Source: Chlamydiales bacterium
Lineage (GTDB): Bacteria > Chlamydiota > Chlamydiia > Chlamydiales > JAJFMA01
Direction of reading: 5' to 3'
NCBI GenBank assembly: GCA_030679955.1
Contig: JAUXSF010000018.1
Coordinates: 4,320-68,319 of the forward strand
DNA: 64,000 nucleotides
The first letter of the stretch is position 1; each line of letters starts with the position of its first letter. Below the pieces are notes generated by a model, which saw only the letters and a program-made list of their open reading frames with translations, did no database searches and was not told the origin of the DNA. Below, piece after piece: positions 8,766 through 19,041 of the stretch. The position numbers and the translations under genes are program-made.

Positions 8766-9998
8766 TCAATTGTTCCCTTTGACAATCACGGAAGTTACAG
8801 TGATGTCATTACCACCCATGCTGACGAGCATGCCATAAGGTGTTCTAGGCTCCATTTGATTCGGTGCCTTCTTGGTGAACTGCTGAAGAAGATCTACCAA
8901 CATACGCACCCCGGAAGCACCTACAGGATGTCCGAATCCGCACAAGCCTCCTGAAGGGTTGGTGGGGATGCGCCCTTCCTTGCTAAGCTGACCATCCAGG
9001 ATCATAGCAGCGCCCTTTCCCTTTTCTGCGAAGCCTAAAGCTTCGAGAGATAAAAGTCCGGTGATGGAGAAGCAGTCGTGTATTTCTAGCAGCGCCAAAT
9101 CGTCTATTGAAACGCCTGCCTGTTGCAACGCATTCTGTGCCGCTTTTTCAGTATAGGTGAGAACTGTCATATTTGGTGGTGGCTTGGTGATGTCGCCTTC
9201 AGCCGCACCAACAGCGACAATTTCAATGGCCTGCGACAGATCGATTCCCAGCTTTTTCAAACCCTCTTCAGAGGCAATAATAAGCCCTGCGGCGCCATCA
9301 GAGATCTTTGAGCAATCATACAGATTCAAATTTGGGATGAATTTTTTGGCATCTGGTTGAGTCATGCCCAGAGCAAACAGATCTTGTGCGGAGTTGTGGT
9401 ACTCTTGAGCTTTTGGGTTCTTGCGCGCGTTCAAAATAGCTTGTTCATACCATTTTGCTAAGCCTTTGCGCGTATCGTCGTAGCCGTATGTTTCATAATA
9501 AGCGCCGGCGCGAGCACCGAAGATTCCTGGAAAGAAGTGTGCACAGCCACCCTTGCGTTCGGCTTGGTAATAGGCTGCTCCAGCTAAGACATCCGCGCCA
9601 TAGATTGACTTCATCGTATTCTGCAGCTCAAAGCCTAGAACGAATACGGTGTCAGCGGCGTCTGACAGCACATTGCGCACTGCAGTAGCTATGGCACGAC
9701 CGCCTGAACCGCATGCACCCTCTACACCAGTGCAAGGCTTACCCAATAGAGAGGGGACGACAGAAGGCAGAAATCCTGGCAGGTTGGCTTGTTTGATGAA
9801 GCGTGGAGCCATAAAGTTAGCTATGACACCCTCGTCGATATCCTTATTAGCTACTTGTGCTAGTACTCCATCGGCAGCCTCTTTCAAATAGGTCTCGAAG
9901 GAGGCCATGGGCTTTTCTGGATTGAACTCTTTTCTGCCTGGACCAAAGAAAGTGGTGCTATAACCCGCTGCCGCGTAGATTTTCTTACGAAATGCCAT
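8766..9998 (-). CDS. thiolase (SCP2-thiolase-like acyl-CoA C-acyltransferase)
   Basis: Active-site Cys context GVEGACGSGG and C-terminal GGLCGFGHPVGASGVRM. Trimmed to the ATG at 9998 (GAGG 9 nt upstream); the track start at 10013 is TTG. Confidence 0.85.
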   Translation of the reverse strand: MAFRKKIYAAAGYSTTFFGPGRKEFNPEKPMASFETYLKEAADGVLAQVANKDIDEGVIANFMAPRFIKQANLPGFLPSVVPSLLGKPCTGVEGACGSGGRAIATAVRNVLSDAADTVFVLGFELQNTMKSIYGADVLAGAAYYQAERKGGCAHFFPGIFGARAGAYYETYGYDDTRKGLAKWYEQAILNARKNPKAQEYHNSAQDLFALGMTQPDAKKFIPNLNLYDCSKISDGAAGLIIASEEGLKKLGIDLSQAIEIVAVGAAEGDITKPPPNMTVLTYTEKAAQNALQQAGVSIDDLALLEIHDCFSITGLLSLEALGFAEKGKGAAMILDGQLSKEGRIPTNPSGGLCGFGHPVGASGVRMLVDLLQQFTKKAPNQMEPRTPYGMLVSMGGNDITVTSVIVKGNN

Positions 9999-10009
9999 GA
10001 GAATGCCTC

Positions 10010-11335
10010 TCAAAAGTAGCTGTTAATGGGTCCATACAAATGTGCAAAACCGTTTTCTAGGATGAGATTTACATCCTCATTATTCGCCGCCACGCCAGTT
10101 GTCACCAAATCTTGGGCAAATTGACGGGATTGCCGCAGGAACTTTTGTGCAAGTAGGTTGCCTGGGCTACTTTCTGAAAACAGATTGTGGAAATAGGCGT
10201 AGAGTTTACTTTGTTTTAGCGGGTCTTTTAGTAGCTTTTTCCATGGAGCGTGTCCCTCTGGCAGTGGACCAATTAACGCACCGATATCAGGCAGTGGAAT
10301 GTAGTCCTTTTGCTTTAAGCTGTAGACAGCTTCGGGGAAACCCTCTAGATAACGAAAGAAGCCATCTTTTTGTGAGCCATCGCCCCGCTGGCCTCCGGTA
10401 ATGCCAGCAGCGACCATCCTATCGATCAGGTCTAGATGAAGCTGGAGACCCTTGATGTTGTGGGACATCATGGAGCCGATTCGCTTTGCCACATCAATTC
10501 CCACATAATCAACGAGCTGGAAGATGCCCATAGGGCGTAACAAAAAGTGATGCGTAACAGCATCGACAATACAAATGGCTGCCTCCTCGCCAAACTGTGC
10601 AGAAAGCTCCGCTACCTGCTCACACGCGTAGGAGATCTCCCGCAAAAAGTGACCATTACCAATAAATCCTGCAACATCATTAGATGGCACGAGCGTTTTA
10701 TTTAGGCGGCGGCCCATCTCCACGGCAAGAGCTTTAAGATCGCTATTCGACTCATCGACAATAAGCTCTACGAGAGGCTGTACAGGTGGGGGATTGTAGA
10801 AGTGGAAACCAATGACTTGATGTTTTAGCCCTGCATGCTCTTCCAGAAGCTGAATCGGGATGGAAGAGGTATTGGTAAAGTAAAAAGTGGAGGTTTCTTT
10901 ATGCCCTTTTTCCAGCTCTTTAAATAAGTTTGCCTTGATGTGCAGGTCCTCTATAACCGCCTCAAAGACTAGGCTGGAGCCAATAGCGCGTTTCACATCT
11001 ATGCTTGGATGGATCATATTCATGGCGCCATCGACAAAGGCCCGCACAATATCGGCGTTGTCTACTAGCTTAGGGTTATCCTTAAACGAGACGCGTAGTG
11101 CATTGATATGTCGTTCAGCCCACTTAAGGATATTTGGCTTCAGATATTGGCGAAGATTATCGAGAGCATCTTCATCGGTATCGATCAATACTAAACGGAA
11201 TTTGCCCTGACCGATGGCTCCGGTTGTTTCTGCCTCGAGACGAGCCATTTCTTCTAACAGCAGCAGGGAGATGCCTCTACCCATCTTGCCAGCAGCCCCG
11301 ATGACTGCTACATGTTGCAACAGAGTATCTAGCAT
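10010..11335 (-). CDS. 3-hydroxyacyl-CoA dehydrogenase
   Basis: Rossmann motif VIGAAGKMGRG and HFYNPPPVQPLVELI (the HFFNP-type motif). Long 441-aa form. Overlaps both neighbouring genes. Confidence 0.85.
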   Translation of the reverse strand: MLDTLLQHVAVIGAAGKMGRGISLLLLEEMARLEAETTGAIGQGKFRLVLIDTDEDALDNLRQYLKPNILKWAERHINALRVSFKDNPKLVDNADIVRAFVDGAMNMIHPSIDVKRAIGSSLVFEAVIEDLHIKANLFKELEKGHKETSTFYFTNTSSIPIQLLEEHAGLKHQVIGFHFYNPPPVQPLVELIVDESNSDLKALAVEMGRRLNKTLVPSNDVAGFIGNGHFLREISYACEQVAELSAQFGEEAAICIVDAVTHHFLLRPMGIFQLVDYVGIDVAKRIGSMMSHNIKGLQLHLDLIDRMVAAGITGGQRGDGSQKDGFFRYLEGFPEAVYSLKQKDYIPLPDIGALIGPLPEGHAPWKKLLKDPLKQSKLYAYFHNLFSESSPGNLLAQKFLRQSRQFAQDLVTTGVAANNEDVNLILENGFAHLYGPINSYF

Positions 11336-12105
11336 TTAGTGACTCCTTCAAAGTGAGGGGAGCGTTTCTCTAGAAAGGCGTGAATCCCTTCCTGCCTATC
11401 TGGACAGCTGAAGCATTGTATAAACGCTTGTCGTTCATGCTCCAGCGCCACTTCTATGGATAAATGGAAGCAGCTGTTAATTACATGCTTAGCGCGTAGA
11501 ATGCTCGCTGACGAGTTTTTAAGGATCTCTTTAGCTGTTTGTTGGCATATTTCTAACAGCTGGTGGTCTTCGCAAACATGGTTGACGAGGCCAATTCTAA
11601 ACGCCTCATCGGCGGTAATCTTTCTACCGGTGAAGATTAGCTCCTTAGCCATGCGCGTACCGACAGCTCTCGCTAGGCGCTGGGTGCCTCCAAAACCTGG
11701 AATTAGCCCCAAAGATACCTCCGGAAGGCCGAGCTTGGCTTTGCGAGCGCAGTATATGAAATCACAGGCTAATGCCATCTCTAGTCCACCTCCAAGCGCA
11801 AAGCCATTAACCGCAGCGATAGTTACAAAAGGTGCGCTTTCAAGTAGCATTGAGACCTTTTGTCCTAGGACGCATAGGTATTGGCTATCGCCCGTAGACA
11901 TGGATTCCATCTCGCGGATATCCGCACCAGCGATAAACGCCTTGTCGCCCTGGCCAGTGAGAATCAGTACACGTATGGCGTGCTTTTTGGTTAGAAAGGC
12001 GGCTAGGTCCTTTAGCAACTGATGGTTGAGGGCATTTAAAGCCTCTGGTCGGTTGATCGTTAGAACGCCAATGTCTTCGTGAGCAGCAAACTGTAAATGG
12101 TCCAT
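11329..12105 (-). CDS. enoyl-CoA hydratase (crotonase family)
   Basis: 258 aa; FIAGADIREM and ALGGGLEMALACD motifs. Confidence 0.9.
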   Translation of the reverse strand: MDHLQFAAHEDIGVLTINRPEALNALNHQLLKDLAAFLTKKHAIRVLILTGQGDKAFIAGADIREMESMSTGDSQYLCVLGQKVSMLLESAPFVTIAAVNGFALGGGLEMALACDFIYCARKAKLGLPEVSLGLIPGFGGTQRLARAVGTRMAKELIFTGRKITADEAFRIGLVNHVCEDHQLLEICQQTAKEILKNSSASILRAKHVINSCFHLSIEVALEHERQAFIQCFSCPDRQEGIHAFLEKRSPHFEGVTKC

Positions 12106-12154
12106 GCATTACCTCCGGATTCCTCGATATATCAGTTACCCATAAATGTTGGCT

Positions 12155-12258
12155 ATGGACATAAGAGACCTTAGGGACGAAAGGGACCTTAGAGACATGG
12201 ACTAGGAAAGGTCAATGTCCCTATGGTCCCTTTCGTCCCTAAGGTCTCTTATGTCCAT
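12155..12258. repeat. REP-like palindrome, family B, copy B1 (perfect 34-bp arms)
   Basis: ATGGACATAAGAGACCTTAGGGACGAAAGGGACC (12155-12188) is the exact reverse complement of 12225-12258. It lies in the divergent intergenic region between the beta-oxidation-type operon and prpBCD. Confidence 0.9.
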
Positions 12259-12296
12259 ACTGTGTGTTAAAATAAATGCTGTGCTACAAGGGCGTT

Positions 12297-13166
12297 ATGA
12301 GTGCAGGACAGAAGTTAAGAGACGCTTTGCTACTGGAGAAGCCGCTACAAGTTGTTGGCTGTATAAATGCTTACGTCGCCATGATGGCAAAAAAAGCTGG
12401 TTACCGAGCGCTATATCTATCTGGTGCGGGTGTCGCTAATAGCTGCTTTGGATTGCCTGACCTAGGCCTTACCTCTCTGGATAACGTGTTGGAAGAGGTA
12501 CGCCGTATTTGCTCAGCGGTGGATTTACCACTATTGGTTGACGCAGATACCGGCTGGGGTGCAGAGCTTATGATAGCCCGAACCGTGAGGCAAATGATCG
12601 CGGCTGGTGCCGCAGGCATACATATCGAAGATCAGGTATTCGACAAGCGCTGCGGACACCGCCCAAACAAACGCATTGTGGATATCACCGAGATGGTAGC
12701 GCGTATCAGTGCGGCTGTAGATGCCAAGAGCGACCCAGCCTTTGTGGTAATGGCAAGAACAGATGCCGTAGCAGTAGAAGGCTTGGATAAAGCACTAACA
12801 CGAGCAGTTCAGTTAGAACAGGCTGGCGCCGATATGCTCTTTCCCGAAGCCCTAACGACTTTAGAAGAATATAAGGCTTTTCGAAGCGCTGTCAGCATCC
12901 CTATCCTGGCCAATATTACCGAGTTTGGGCAAACGCCACTATTCACAACAGAAGAGCTAAAGAGCGCTGGGGTAGACATCGTTCTTTATCCATTATCTGC
13001 TGCACGTGCCATGTACCGCGCTGCCGAGCATGTGCTTCATGAAATTCGCTCCAAGGGAACACAGAAAGACGCTATCGACACTATGCAGACGCGCGATGAG
13101 TTATATCAATATCTAGATTATCTAAAACATGAAGAGAGGGTTAACCATGGTAGAGACAATCGCTAA
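12297..13166 (+). CDS. prpB: methylisocitrate lyase
   Basis: Isocitrate-lyase/PEP-mutase family with the KRCGH motif ([14 protein letters not shown]). Trimmed to the ATG at 12297 because the longer form runs into repeat B1. Confidence 0.88.
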   Translation: MSAGQKLRDALLLEKPLQVVGCINAYVAMMAKKAGYRALYLSGAGVANSCFGLPDLGLTSLDNVLEEVRRICSAVDLPLLVDADTGWGAELMIARTVRQMIAAGAAGIHIEDQVFDKRCGHRPNKRIVDITEMVARISAAVDAKSDPAFVVMARTDAVAVEGLDKALTRAVQLEQAGADMLFPEALTTLEEYKAFRSAVSIPILANITEFGQTPLFTTEELKSAGVDIVLYPLSAARAMYRAAEHVLHEIRSKGTQKDAIDTMQTRDELYQYLDYLKHEERVNHGRDNR

Positions 13167-14271
13167 AAAGAAGGTCGGAGGCCTAGCTGGCATCGTGGCA
13201 GGTGATTCCTCCATTTGTGTTTGCGGCGCGGAAGACGAAACGCTAACCTACCGTGGCTACAACATTATTGATTTGGCTGACCATGCTAGCTACGAAGAAG
13301 TTGCCTGGCTGCTTCTTCGAGGGGAACTGCCTAAAGCGACCCAGCTTACCCAATATCGTCAGCGCTTGAAAGAGCTTAGGGTGCTTCCTGAAGCGCTTAA
13401 AAAAACTTTAGAACTGATTCCAAAAACATCACACATGATGGATGTTCTGCGAACAGGATGCTCCTTTTTGGGCAATATAGAGCAAGAGAATGCCCGGGAT
13501 CCATTTGCCGGACCAGACCGTTTGATTGCATGCTTTGGTCCTATGCTATTGTACTGGTATCATTTCCACAAGCAGGGTAAGGCGAATCTCGATAGCAAGG
13601 AAGATACTGTTGCAGGCTACTTTCTTGATGTTCTGCATGGCAAAGCGCCTTCAGAGGCTGACAAGAAAGCTCTCGATGTTTCGCTTATTCTGTATTCGGA
13701 GCATGAGTTCAACGCCTCAACCTTTACCGCACGTACGATTACCAGTACGATGGCAGACTTCTACTCTGCTGTAACCGGTGCTATTGGTGCTCTCAGTGGA
13801 CCTTTGCACGGTGGCGCTAACGAGAAGGCTTTGGAGCTCATGCAGAAGTTCTCTACACCGCAAGAGGCGGAGAAAGGCATTCTTGAGATGCTAGCCAATA
13901 AGGACCTGATCATGGGCTTTGGGCATCGTGTTTATACGACAAAGGATCCGAGGTCACCGATTAATAAATTCTGGGCAGAGAAGCTATCTAAAGAGAAAGG
14001 GAATAAGACCCTTCTACCTATAGCTGAAGCTATCGACAAGGTGATGTGGAAAGAGAAGAAGCTTTTCCCTAATGCCGATTTCTACAGCGCGGTGGTTTAC
14101 AACTTGTTAGACATTCCCACGCAAATGTTCACTCCACTGTTTGTGATGGCTCGCATCGCAGGTTGGTCTGCACACATTCAGGAACAGCGTATGAATAACA
14201 AGCTCATTCGTCCTGTCAGTAACTATATAGGTCCTCAACCACGTTCATGGGTGCCCTTGGACAAAAGATAG
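13147..14271 (+). CDS. prpC: 2-methylcitrate synthase (citrate synthase family)
   Basis: GPLHGGANE and GFGHRVY motifs. Located between prpB and prpD. Start 13147 or 13129. Confidence 0.88.
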   Translation: MVETIAKKKVGGLAGIVAGDSSICVCGAEDETLTYRGYNIIDLADHASYEEVAWLLLRGELPKATQLTQYRQRLKELRVLPEALKKTLELIPKTSHMMDVLRTGCSFLGNIEQENARDPFAGPDRLIACFGPMLLYWYHFHKQGKANLDSKEDTVAGYFLDVLHGKAPSEADKKALDVSLILYSEHEFNASTFTARTITSTMADFYSAVTGAIGALSGPLHGGANEKALELMQKFSTPQEAEKGILEMLANKDLIMGFGHRVYTTKDPRSPINKFWAEKLSKEKGNKTLLPIAEAIDKVMWKEKKLFPNADFYSAVVYNLLDIPTQMFTPLFVMARIAGWSAHIQEQRMNNKLIRPVSNYIGPQPRSWVPLDKR

Positions 14272-14276
14272 TAACC

Positions 14277-15680
14277 ATGAAGTATGATGAAGCTATACAG
14301 ATTATCGCAGACTATGTCTGCGATACTCCTATCAATAGTTCAGAGGCGTACAATACCGCACGTCTATGCCTGGCGGATAGTATTGGCTGTGCGCTACTAG
14401 CCCTTAATTTTCCTGCATGTAGTAAACTTCTTGGTCCTACTATTCCAGGAACCATTGTGCCAACAGGCTGTCGTGTATTAGGCACGCCCTGGATGCTTGA
14501 TCCCATTCAAGGTGCCTTCAACATCGGTACTATGATCCGTTGGCTAGACTATAATGACACTTGGTTGGCAGCTGAGTGGGGGCATCCCTCTGATAATCTT
14601 GGGGGACTCCTAGCCGTTGCCGATTACCTCAGCAGGCATCACGAATCTTTATCCGTGCAGCACTTACTTACGGCAATGATTAAAGCTCACGAGATTCAGG
14701 GAGTATTGGCATTAAAGAACAGCTTCAACCGCGTAGGTCTAGACCATGTTATTCTGGTGCGAGTCGCCACCACTGCTGTAGTAACTCGCCTTTTAGGTGG
14801 CTCCAAGGATCAGGTTCTGGCGGCTGTTTCCAATGCCTGGATTGATGGTGGTGCTTTGAGGTGCTACAGGCACCATCCCAATACTGGTTCTAGAAAGTCT
14901 TGGGCCGCTGGAGACGCTACCAGTAGAGGGGTTCAGCATGCCTTTATGGCCCTGAAAGGCGAAATGGGCTATCCTTCAGCCTTAAGTACTCCAAAGTGGG
15001 GCTTTTACGATGTATTCTATAAGGGTCAGCCGTTTGTTTTTGCGCGGTCGCTTGGCTCTTATGTGATGGAGAACGTGTTATTTAAGATCAGCTTTCCAGC
15101 GGAGTTTCATGCGCAGACTGCTGTGGAGTGCGCTGTGAAGCTGCATCCAGGAATTAAAGCTCGTTTGGATGATATCGAGAGGATTGTTCTTCAAACTCAT
15201 GAGTCAGCTATCCGCATCATCGACAAGAAAGGCCCTCTAAAAAACCCTGCTGACCGGGACCACTGCCTGCAGTACATGGTAGCAATTGGCTTACTTCATG
15301 GCGATCTAACGGCAGATCACTATGAAGAAGATGTTGCTTTGGATGCACGCATAGATCAGCTTCGTGCACTTATGACGGTAGTGGAAGATCCACGATATAC
15401 TCAGGACTATCTTGATCCGGAAAAGCGCAGCATAGCCAATAAAGTTGAGATCCATTTTAAGGCCGGAGAAGTGCTTCGTGCAGAAGTAGAGTACCCAATA
15501 GGACATCAGCGTCGGAGGCAGGAGGGCATTCCACTGCTATATCAAAAGTTCGTAGCCAACGCCGGAACCCGGTTTCATGCTAGCACAGTAGAAAAATTAT
15601 TGGACCTATTCGAGGATCTCGGTCAACTGTCCGATACACCTGTCCATGTCTTATGCGATCTGCTGGCATCCGAAAAATAG
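14277..15680 (+). CDS. prpD: 2-methylcitrate dehydratase (MmgE/PrpD family)
   Basis: ~467 aa of PrpD-like sequence ([27 protein letters not shown]) in the prpBCD context. ATG at 14277, 6 nt after the prpC stop. Confidence 0.88.
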   Translation: MKYDEAIQIIADYVCDTPINSSEAYNTARLCLADSIGCALLALNFPACSKLLGPTIPGTIVPTGCRVLGTPWMLDPIQGAFNIGTMIRWLDYNDTWLAAEWGHPSDNLGGLLAVADYLSRHHESLSVQHLLTAMIKAHEIQGVLALKNSFNRVGLDHVILVRVATTAVVTRLLGGSKDQVLAAVSNAWIDGGALRCYRHHPNTGSRKSWAAGDATSRGVQHAFMALKGEMGYPSALSTPKWGFYDVFYKGQPFVFARSLGSYVMENVLFKISFPAEFHAQTAVECAVKLHPGIKARLDDIERIVLQTHESAIRIIDKKGPLKNPADRDHCLQYMVAIGLLHGDLTADHYEEDVALDARIDQLRALMTVVEDPRYTQDYLDPEKRSIANKVEIHFKAGEVLRAEVEYPIGHQRRRQEGIPLLYQKFVANAGTRFHASTVEKLLDLFEDLGQLSDTPVHVLCDLLASEK

Positions 15681-15763
15681 CATTTGTTAAGATTATTTAA
15701 AGATCTTGGTTGATAGCAAGAACCGAAGTTGCTATGCTCCCGCGCAAATGATGGAGGCTACCC

Positions 15764-16762
15764 ATGGAAAAACTTACAAGAGCTGCCGAACGTGCGACAC
15801 GCTGGCTAGAGCAGCAAATTCATGATGATGGCTCGTATGGTTTGGATGCAGAGGATTTAGCATGCTACTACAAGTCTCCCTATTTATTTTCGCTAATGGG
15901 ACAGCGCGGGTCGGCACATTTGGTTCTCGATCACATCAAAGAACGCTATTTCCGTAGCAATGGTGACTTTACTACATCCGAGACTGCAAAGAGTGCAAAT
16001 CCTGCCTTCTGCGAGTTCTGGTCGTACACTAACGGGTGGATAGCTATTGCAGCACAGCGCATGGGTCGTTTTGATATCGCTCAGCCTGCCTATGACTATG
16101 TCAAATCCTTCTACCACCCAAAACTTGGTGGATTCACAACGCAAAAGCCCTACAATACCGGCAATGAGGTTGTCGATGTGATCACCACGGCACATTTGGG
16201 GCTGACGAGCCTCTATTTTGGTGATATGGATAGAGCTAAACGTTGTGGAGTCCTATTGGCCGACATTTTGGATAAGCAGCCTGATATTGGCTCTAAGTTC
16301 TTTCTGAGGGTTGATGGACGTGGAACACTGGTGACGACTTTTCCTCATGAAGCAGCAGGATTACATCAGGTAAGCACCACAGAAGATAACCAGTTCTATT
16401 TTATGATTGGATATCCAATAGCCTTTCTTGGAAAGCTGTTTCAAGCAACAGGAGAAAGGAAAGTGCTTCAAGCAGCTAAGAACTATCTGCAGTTTGCGAT
16501 GTCATGCAAAGGCAATATTACCGCGTTTCATTTTAGCCATAAAGTGATGTGGGGCGCGGCCCTATTAGCCTCCATTACCGGCAGTGTAGAGTATGCAACC
16601 TTTGCTAGTCGCATAGCCGATCATTTGATTAGCATGCAGTCTGAAGATGGCGGATGGTTGGTTCAAGAGCCATTTCATACAATGATTGACCAAACAGCTG
16701 AGATAGCTATCTGGCTGACAGAGACCGCTGATGAGCTTTCCCGTATGCGCGTCACCGTCTAA
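15764..16762 (+). CDS. hypothetical (alpha/alpha)-toroid-like protein (prenyltransferase/terpene-cyclase-like repeats)
   Basis: 332-aa ORF with QxxDGSYG / QSEDGGW type motifs (QQIHDDGSYG, MQSEDGGWL). The fold call is tentative. Confidence 0.5.
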   Translation: MEKLTRAAERATRWLEQQIHDDGSYGLDAEDLACYYKSPYLFSLMGQRGSAHLVLDHIKERYFRSNGDFTTSETAKSANPAFCEFWSYTNGWIAIAAQRMGRFDIAQPAYDYVKSFYHPKLGGFTTQKPYNTGNEVVDVITTAHLGLTSLYFGDMDRAKRCGVLLADILDKQPDIGSKFFLRVDGRGTLVTTFPHEAAGLHQVSTTEDNQFYFMIGYPIAFLGKLFQATGERKVLQAAKNYLQFAMSCKGNITAFHFSHKVMWGAALLASITGSVEYATFASRIADHLISMQSEDGGWLVQEPFHTMIDQTAEIAIWLTETADELSRMRVTV

Positions 16763-16780
16763 AAGGTTGAGAGAAAGGAA

Positions 16781-16857
16781 ATTTAACGCAAAGGCGCAAA
16801 GACGCAAAGATGGCAATGTCACTTTCTTCTTCGCGTCTTGGCGCCTTTGCGTTAAAT
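16781..16857. repeat. REP-like palindrome, family A, copy A2 (probable bidirectional terminator)
   Basis: ATTTAACGCAAAGGCGCAAAGACGCAAAGA (16781-16810) pairs with TCTTCGCGTCTTGGCGCCTTTGCGTTAAAT (16828-16857), 28/30. It lies between the convergent stops at 16762 and 16865. Confidence 0.85.
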
Positions 16858-16864
16858 CCCTTCT

Positions 16865-18061
16865 CTACAACAGCGAGCTGGGGTTTTCGATTAACTTAAT
16901 GAAGTGGTTGGAGAAGGCTGCCGCGAGGTCACCATCGATGATGCGATGATCAAACGACCAAGAGCAATTCAAGATATCTCTAATGACAATACTATTGCCT
17001 CTAACGACTGGCTCTTTGTGGATTTTGGCGGTTGCTAAAATGGCTGCTTCTGGGAAGTTGATGACTGGAGTTGCCCACAAGCCACCTTCAGTGCCAAAGT
17101 TGCTTAGCGTAATTGTAGAATCTCGCATATCATCTGGCTTGAGTTCACCCTTTACAGCTCGTTGACGAAGCGCTTGGTAGTTGCGTATCGTTTCATGAAA
17201 CGACAAGGTTTCCACATCCTTTAGCACTGGCACGATAAGGCCCTGAGGGGTTTTCATCGCGATGCCAACATTGTGAGATCTATGGAGGATAATTGCTTGT
17301 GCGGCATCATCTACCGACGCATTTACCTGAGGAAAGGCCTTTAAGGTCAGCGACAGAGCCCTGATAAAAAGTGGAACAAAAGTTAAATGTATGCCTTGCT
17401 TAGTAGCCTCTTGCTTATTTTTGTCTCGGAACTTGGTCAGTAGTGAGACATCTGCTTTATCACAAAAGCCAAAGTGAGGAATGGTCCGCTTGCTTTCTGC
17501 CATCTTTTTGGCAACCAAGCGTCTAATACCGACTAGAGGTTGGATTACATCGCCCTCGAGACGAGTTGCGGCAGTGGAAGACTGGGTCGCACTAGGCATG
17601 CCTTTAAGATCCTCGGCAACCACACGTCCATCTTTACCGGTTCCTTGAATTTGGTTGATATCAATGCCCATCTCACACGCCATCTTACGCACCTGCGGGG
17701 TTGCTAGGGCTTTTTCTCCTATGCGTGCTTGAACAGGCGAATGAGTTGCTGTTGGCACTTTCTTTTGTGGTGCGGGAGTCGATGCGTCCTCATGCTTAAC
17801 TTGAGGCAAAGCAATTTCGCTGCTAACAGACACGTCGTATAGCGGCTTTCCCTTAATAGCGATATCGCCGACTTTATAGTATTGTTTAGCAAGCGTTCCA
17901 GGATAGGGTGTTGGTAGCTCCACGGTGGCTTTATCGGTCATCAGTTCGACTACTGGCTCATCTTGGATTAGAGCGTCGCCAACGTTTTTCAGCCAAGCGG
18001 TTACCTCGCCTTCTACGACGCCTTCTCCGATATCTGGCATGAGTACTGTGTAGGTTTGCAT
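16865..18061 (-). CDS. 2-oxoacid dehydrogenase E2 (dihydrolipoamide acyltransferase, branched-chain type likely)
   Basis: A single lipoyl domain (ELMTDKATVELP), a peripheral subunit-binding domain (ATPQVRKMACEMGIDINQIQGTGKDGRV) and a catalytic domain with the DHRIIDG motif. Confidence 0.9.
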   Translation of the reverse strand: MQTYTVLMPDIGEGVVEGEVTAWLKNVGDALIQDEPVVELMTDKATVELPTPYPGTLAKQYYKVGDIAIKGKPLYDVSVSSEIALPQVKHEDASTPAPQKKVPTATHSPVQARIGEKALATPQVRKMACEMGIDINQIQGTGKDGRVVAEDLKGMPSATQSSTAATRLEGDVIQPLVGIRRLVAKKMAESKRTIPHFGFCDKADVSLLTKFRDKNKQEATKQGIHLTFVPLFIRALSLTLKAFPQVNASVDDAAQAIILHRSHNVGIAMKTPQGLIVPVLKDVETLSFHETIRNYQALRQRAVKGELKPDDMRDSTITLSNFGTEGGLWATPVINFPEAAILATAKIHKEPVVRGNSIVIRDILNCSWSFDHRIIDGDLAAAFSNHFIKLIENPSSLL

Positions 18062-18062
18062 C

Positions 18063-19040
18063 TCAATACTCCAAGGTGTCGAGGATAGCTTTCTTTACTT
18101 TGTACGCGTCGGGCAGATATTCGATCTCAAGGGTATGCGGGAATGGAGTATCTAATCCACAGCACCTTTTGACGGGTGCTTCAAGGCTCAGAAAGCAGTT
18201 TTCCATGATCTGAGTAGCTAATTCGGCTCCAAATCCCTGCGTTAGTGGGGCCTCGTGGGCGATAACGCATCGCCCTGTTTTCATAACTGAGGCGATGATG
18301 CTGTTGATATCCAAGGGATTTAAAGTTCTTAGGTTTAAAACCTCGATATCAATACCGCTTTCTTCATGAAGCTGCTTGGCGGCTAGCATGTTTTGGTGAT
18401 GCTGTGCGCCCCATCCAATCAGAGTGATCTCCTTTCCAACCCGCGCAACGTGAGCTTGTCCAAAGGGTATTGTGTATTCTTCGTCTGGCACTTCGGCCTT
18501 GAGCGATCGATAGATGCGTTTAGGCTCTAAGAATAGCACTGGATCGTTGGATTGTATGGCTGATAGCATAAGTCCTTTAGCATCATAGGGGTCAGAAACC
18601 ACTACGACAAGAAGTCCTGGGGTATGCAGAAACTGCGCTTCTGGCGACTGAGAGTGATAGTGACCGCCGTGAATACCACCTCCGTATGGCGTACGAATTA
18701 CAAGTGGCACAGAATACTGACTGGCCGTGCGGTAGCGTATCTTGGCTAACTCGTTGACGATTTGGTCGTAGGCTGGGAAGATGTAGTCGGCAAACTGTAT
18801 TTCACAGATGGGTTTTAGCCCTTTCATAGCCATGCCAATGCCAAAGCCAACAATAGCCCGCTCAGATAAGGGCGAATCGAAGCAGCGATCTGCCCCATAC
18901 TTCTTTTGTAGACCTTCTGTTACGCGGAAGACGCCGCCAAAACCTCCACAATCTTCGCCAAAGGTCACTAGGCGCGAATCTTTGGCAAATGCTTGGTGCA
19001 GGGTTTGATTTAGGGATTGTATGATATTGCGTTCCGGCAT
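18063..19040 (-). CDS. 2-oxoacid dehydrogenase E1 beta subunit
   Basis: 325 aa of transketolase-like pyrimidine-binding and C-terminal domains (FGEDCGGFGGVFR, CFDSPLSE). Confidence 0.9.
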   Translation of the reverse strand: MPERNIIQSLNQTLHQAFAKDSRLVTFGEDCGGFGGVFRVTEGLQKKYGADRCFDSPLSERAIVGFGIGMAMKGLKPICEIQFADYIFPAYDQIVNELAKIRYRTASQYSVPLVIRTPYGGGIHGGHYHSQSPEAQFLHTPGLLVVVVSDPYDAKGLMLSAIQSNDPVLFLEPKRIYRSLKAEVPDEEYTIPFGQAHVARVGKEITLIGWGAQHHQNMLAAKQLHEESGIDIEVLNLRTLNPLDINSIIASVMKTGRCVIAHEAPLTQGFGAELATQIMENCFLSLEAPVKRCCGLDTPFPHTLEIEYLPDAYKVKKAILDTLEY

Positions 19041-19041
19041 G

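Noticed and set aside
11456-12022. Long antisense track ORFs inside well-supported genes. Examples: 11456..12022 (+) inside the enoyl-CoA hydratase gene, 21441..21950 and 22143..22589 (+) inside the ankyrin gene, 38521..38997 and 39686..40078 (-) inside clpC, and 7855..8223 (+) inside the acyl-CoA dehydrogenase gene.
   Set aside because: Each lies entirely within, and opposite to, a CDS with strong family motifs. They have low-complexity Ser/Arg/Ala/Pro-rich translations and no SD. They are typical shadow ORFs.
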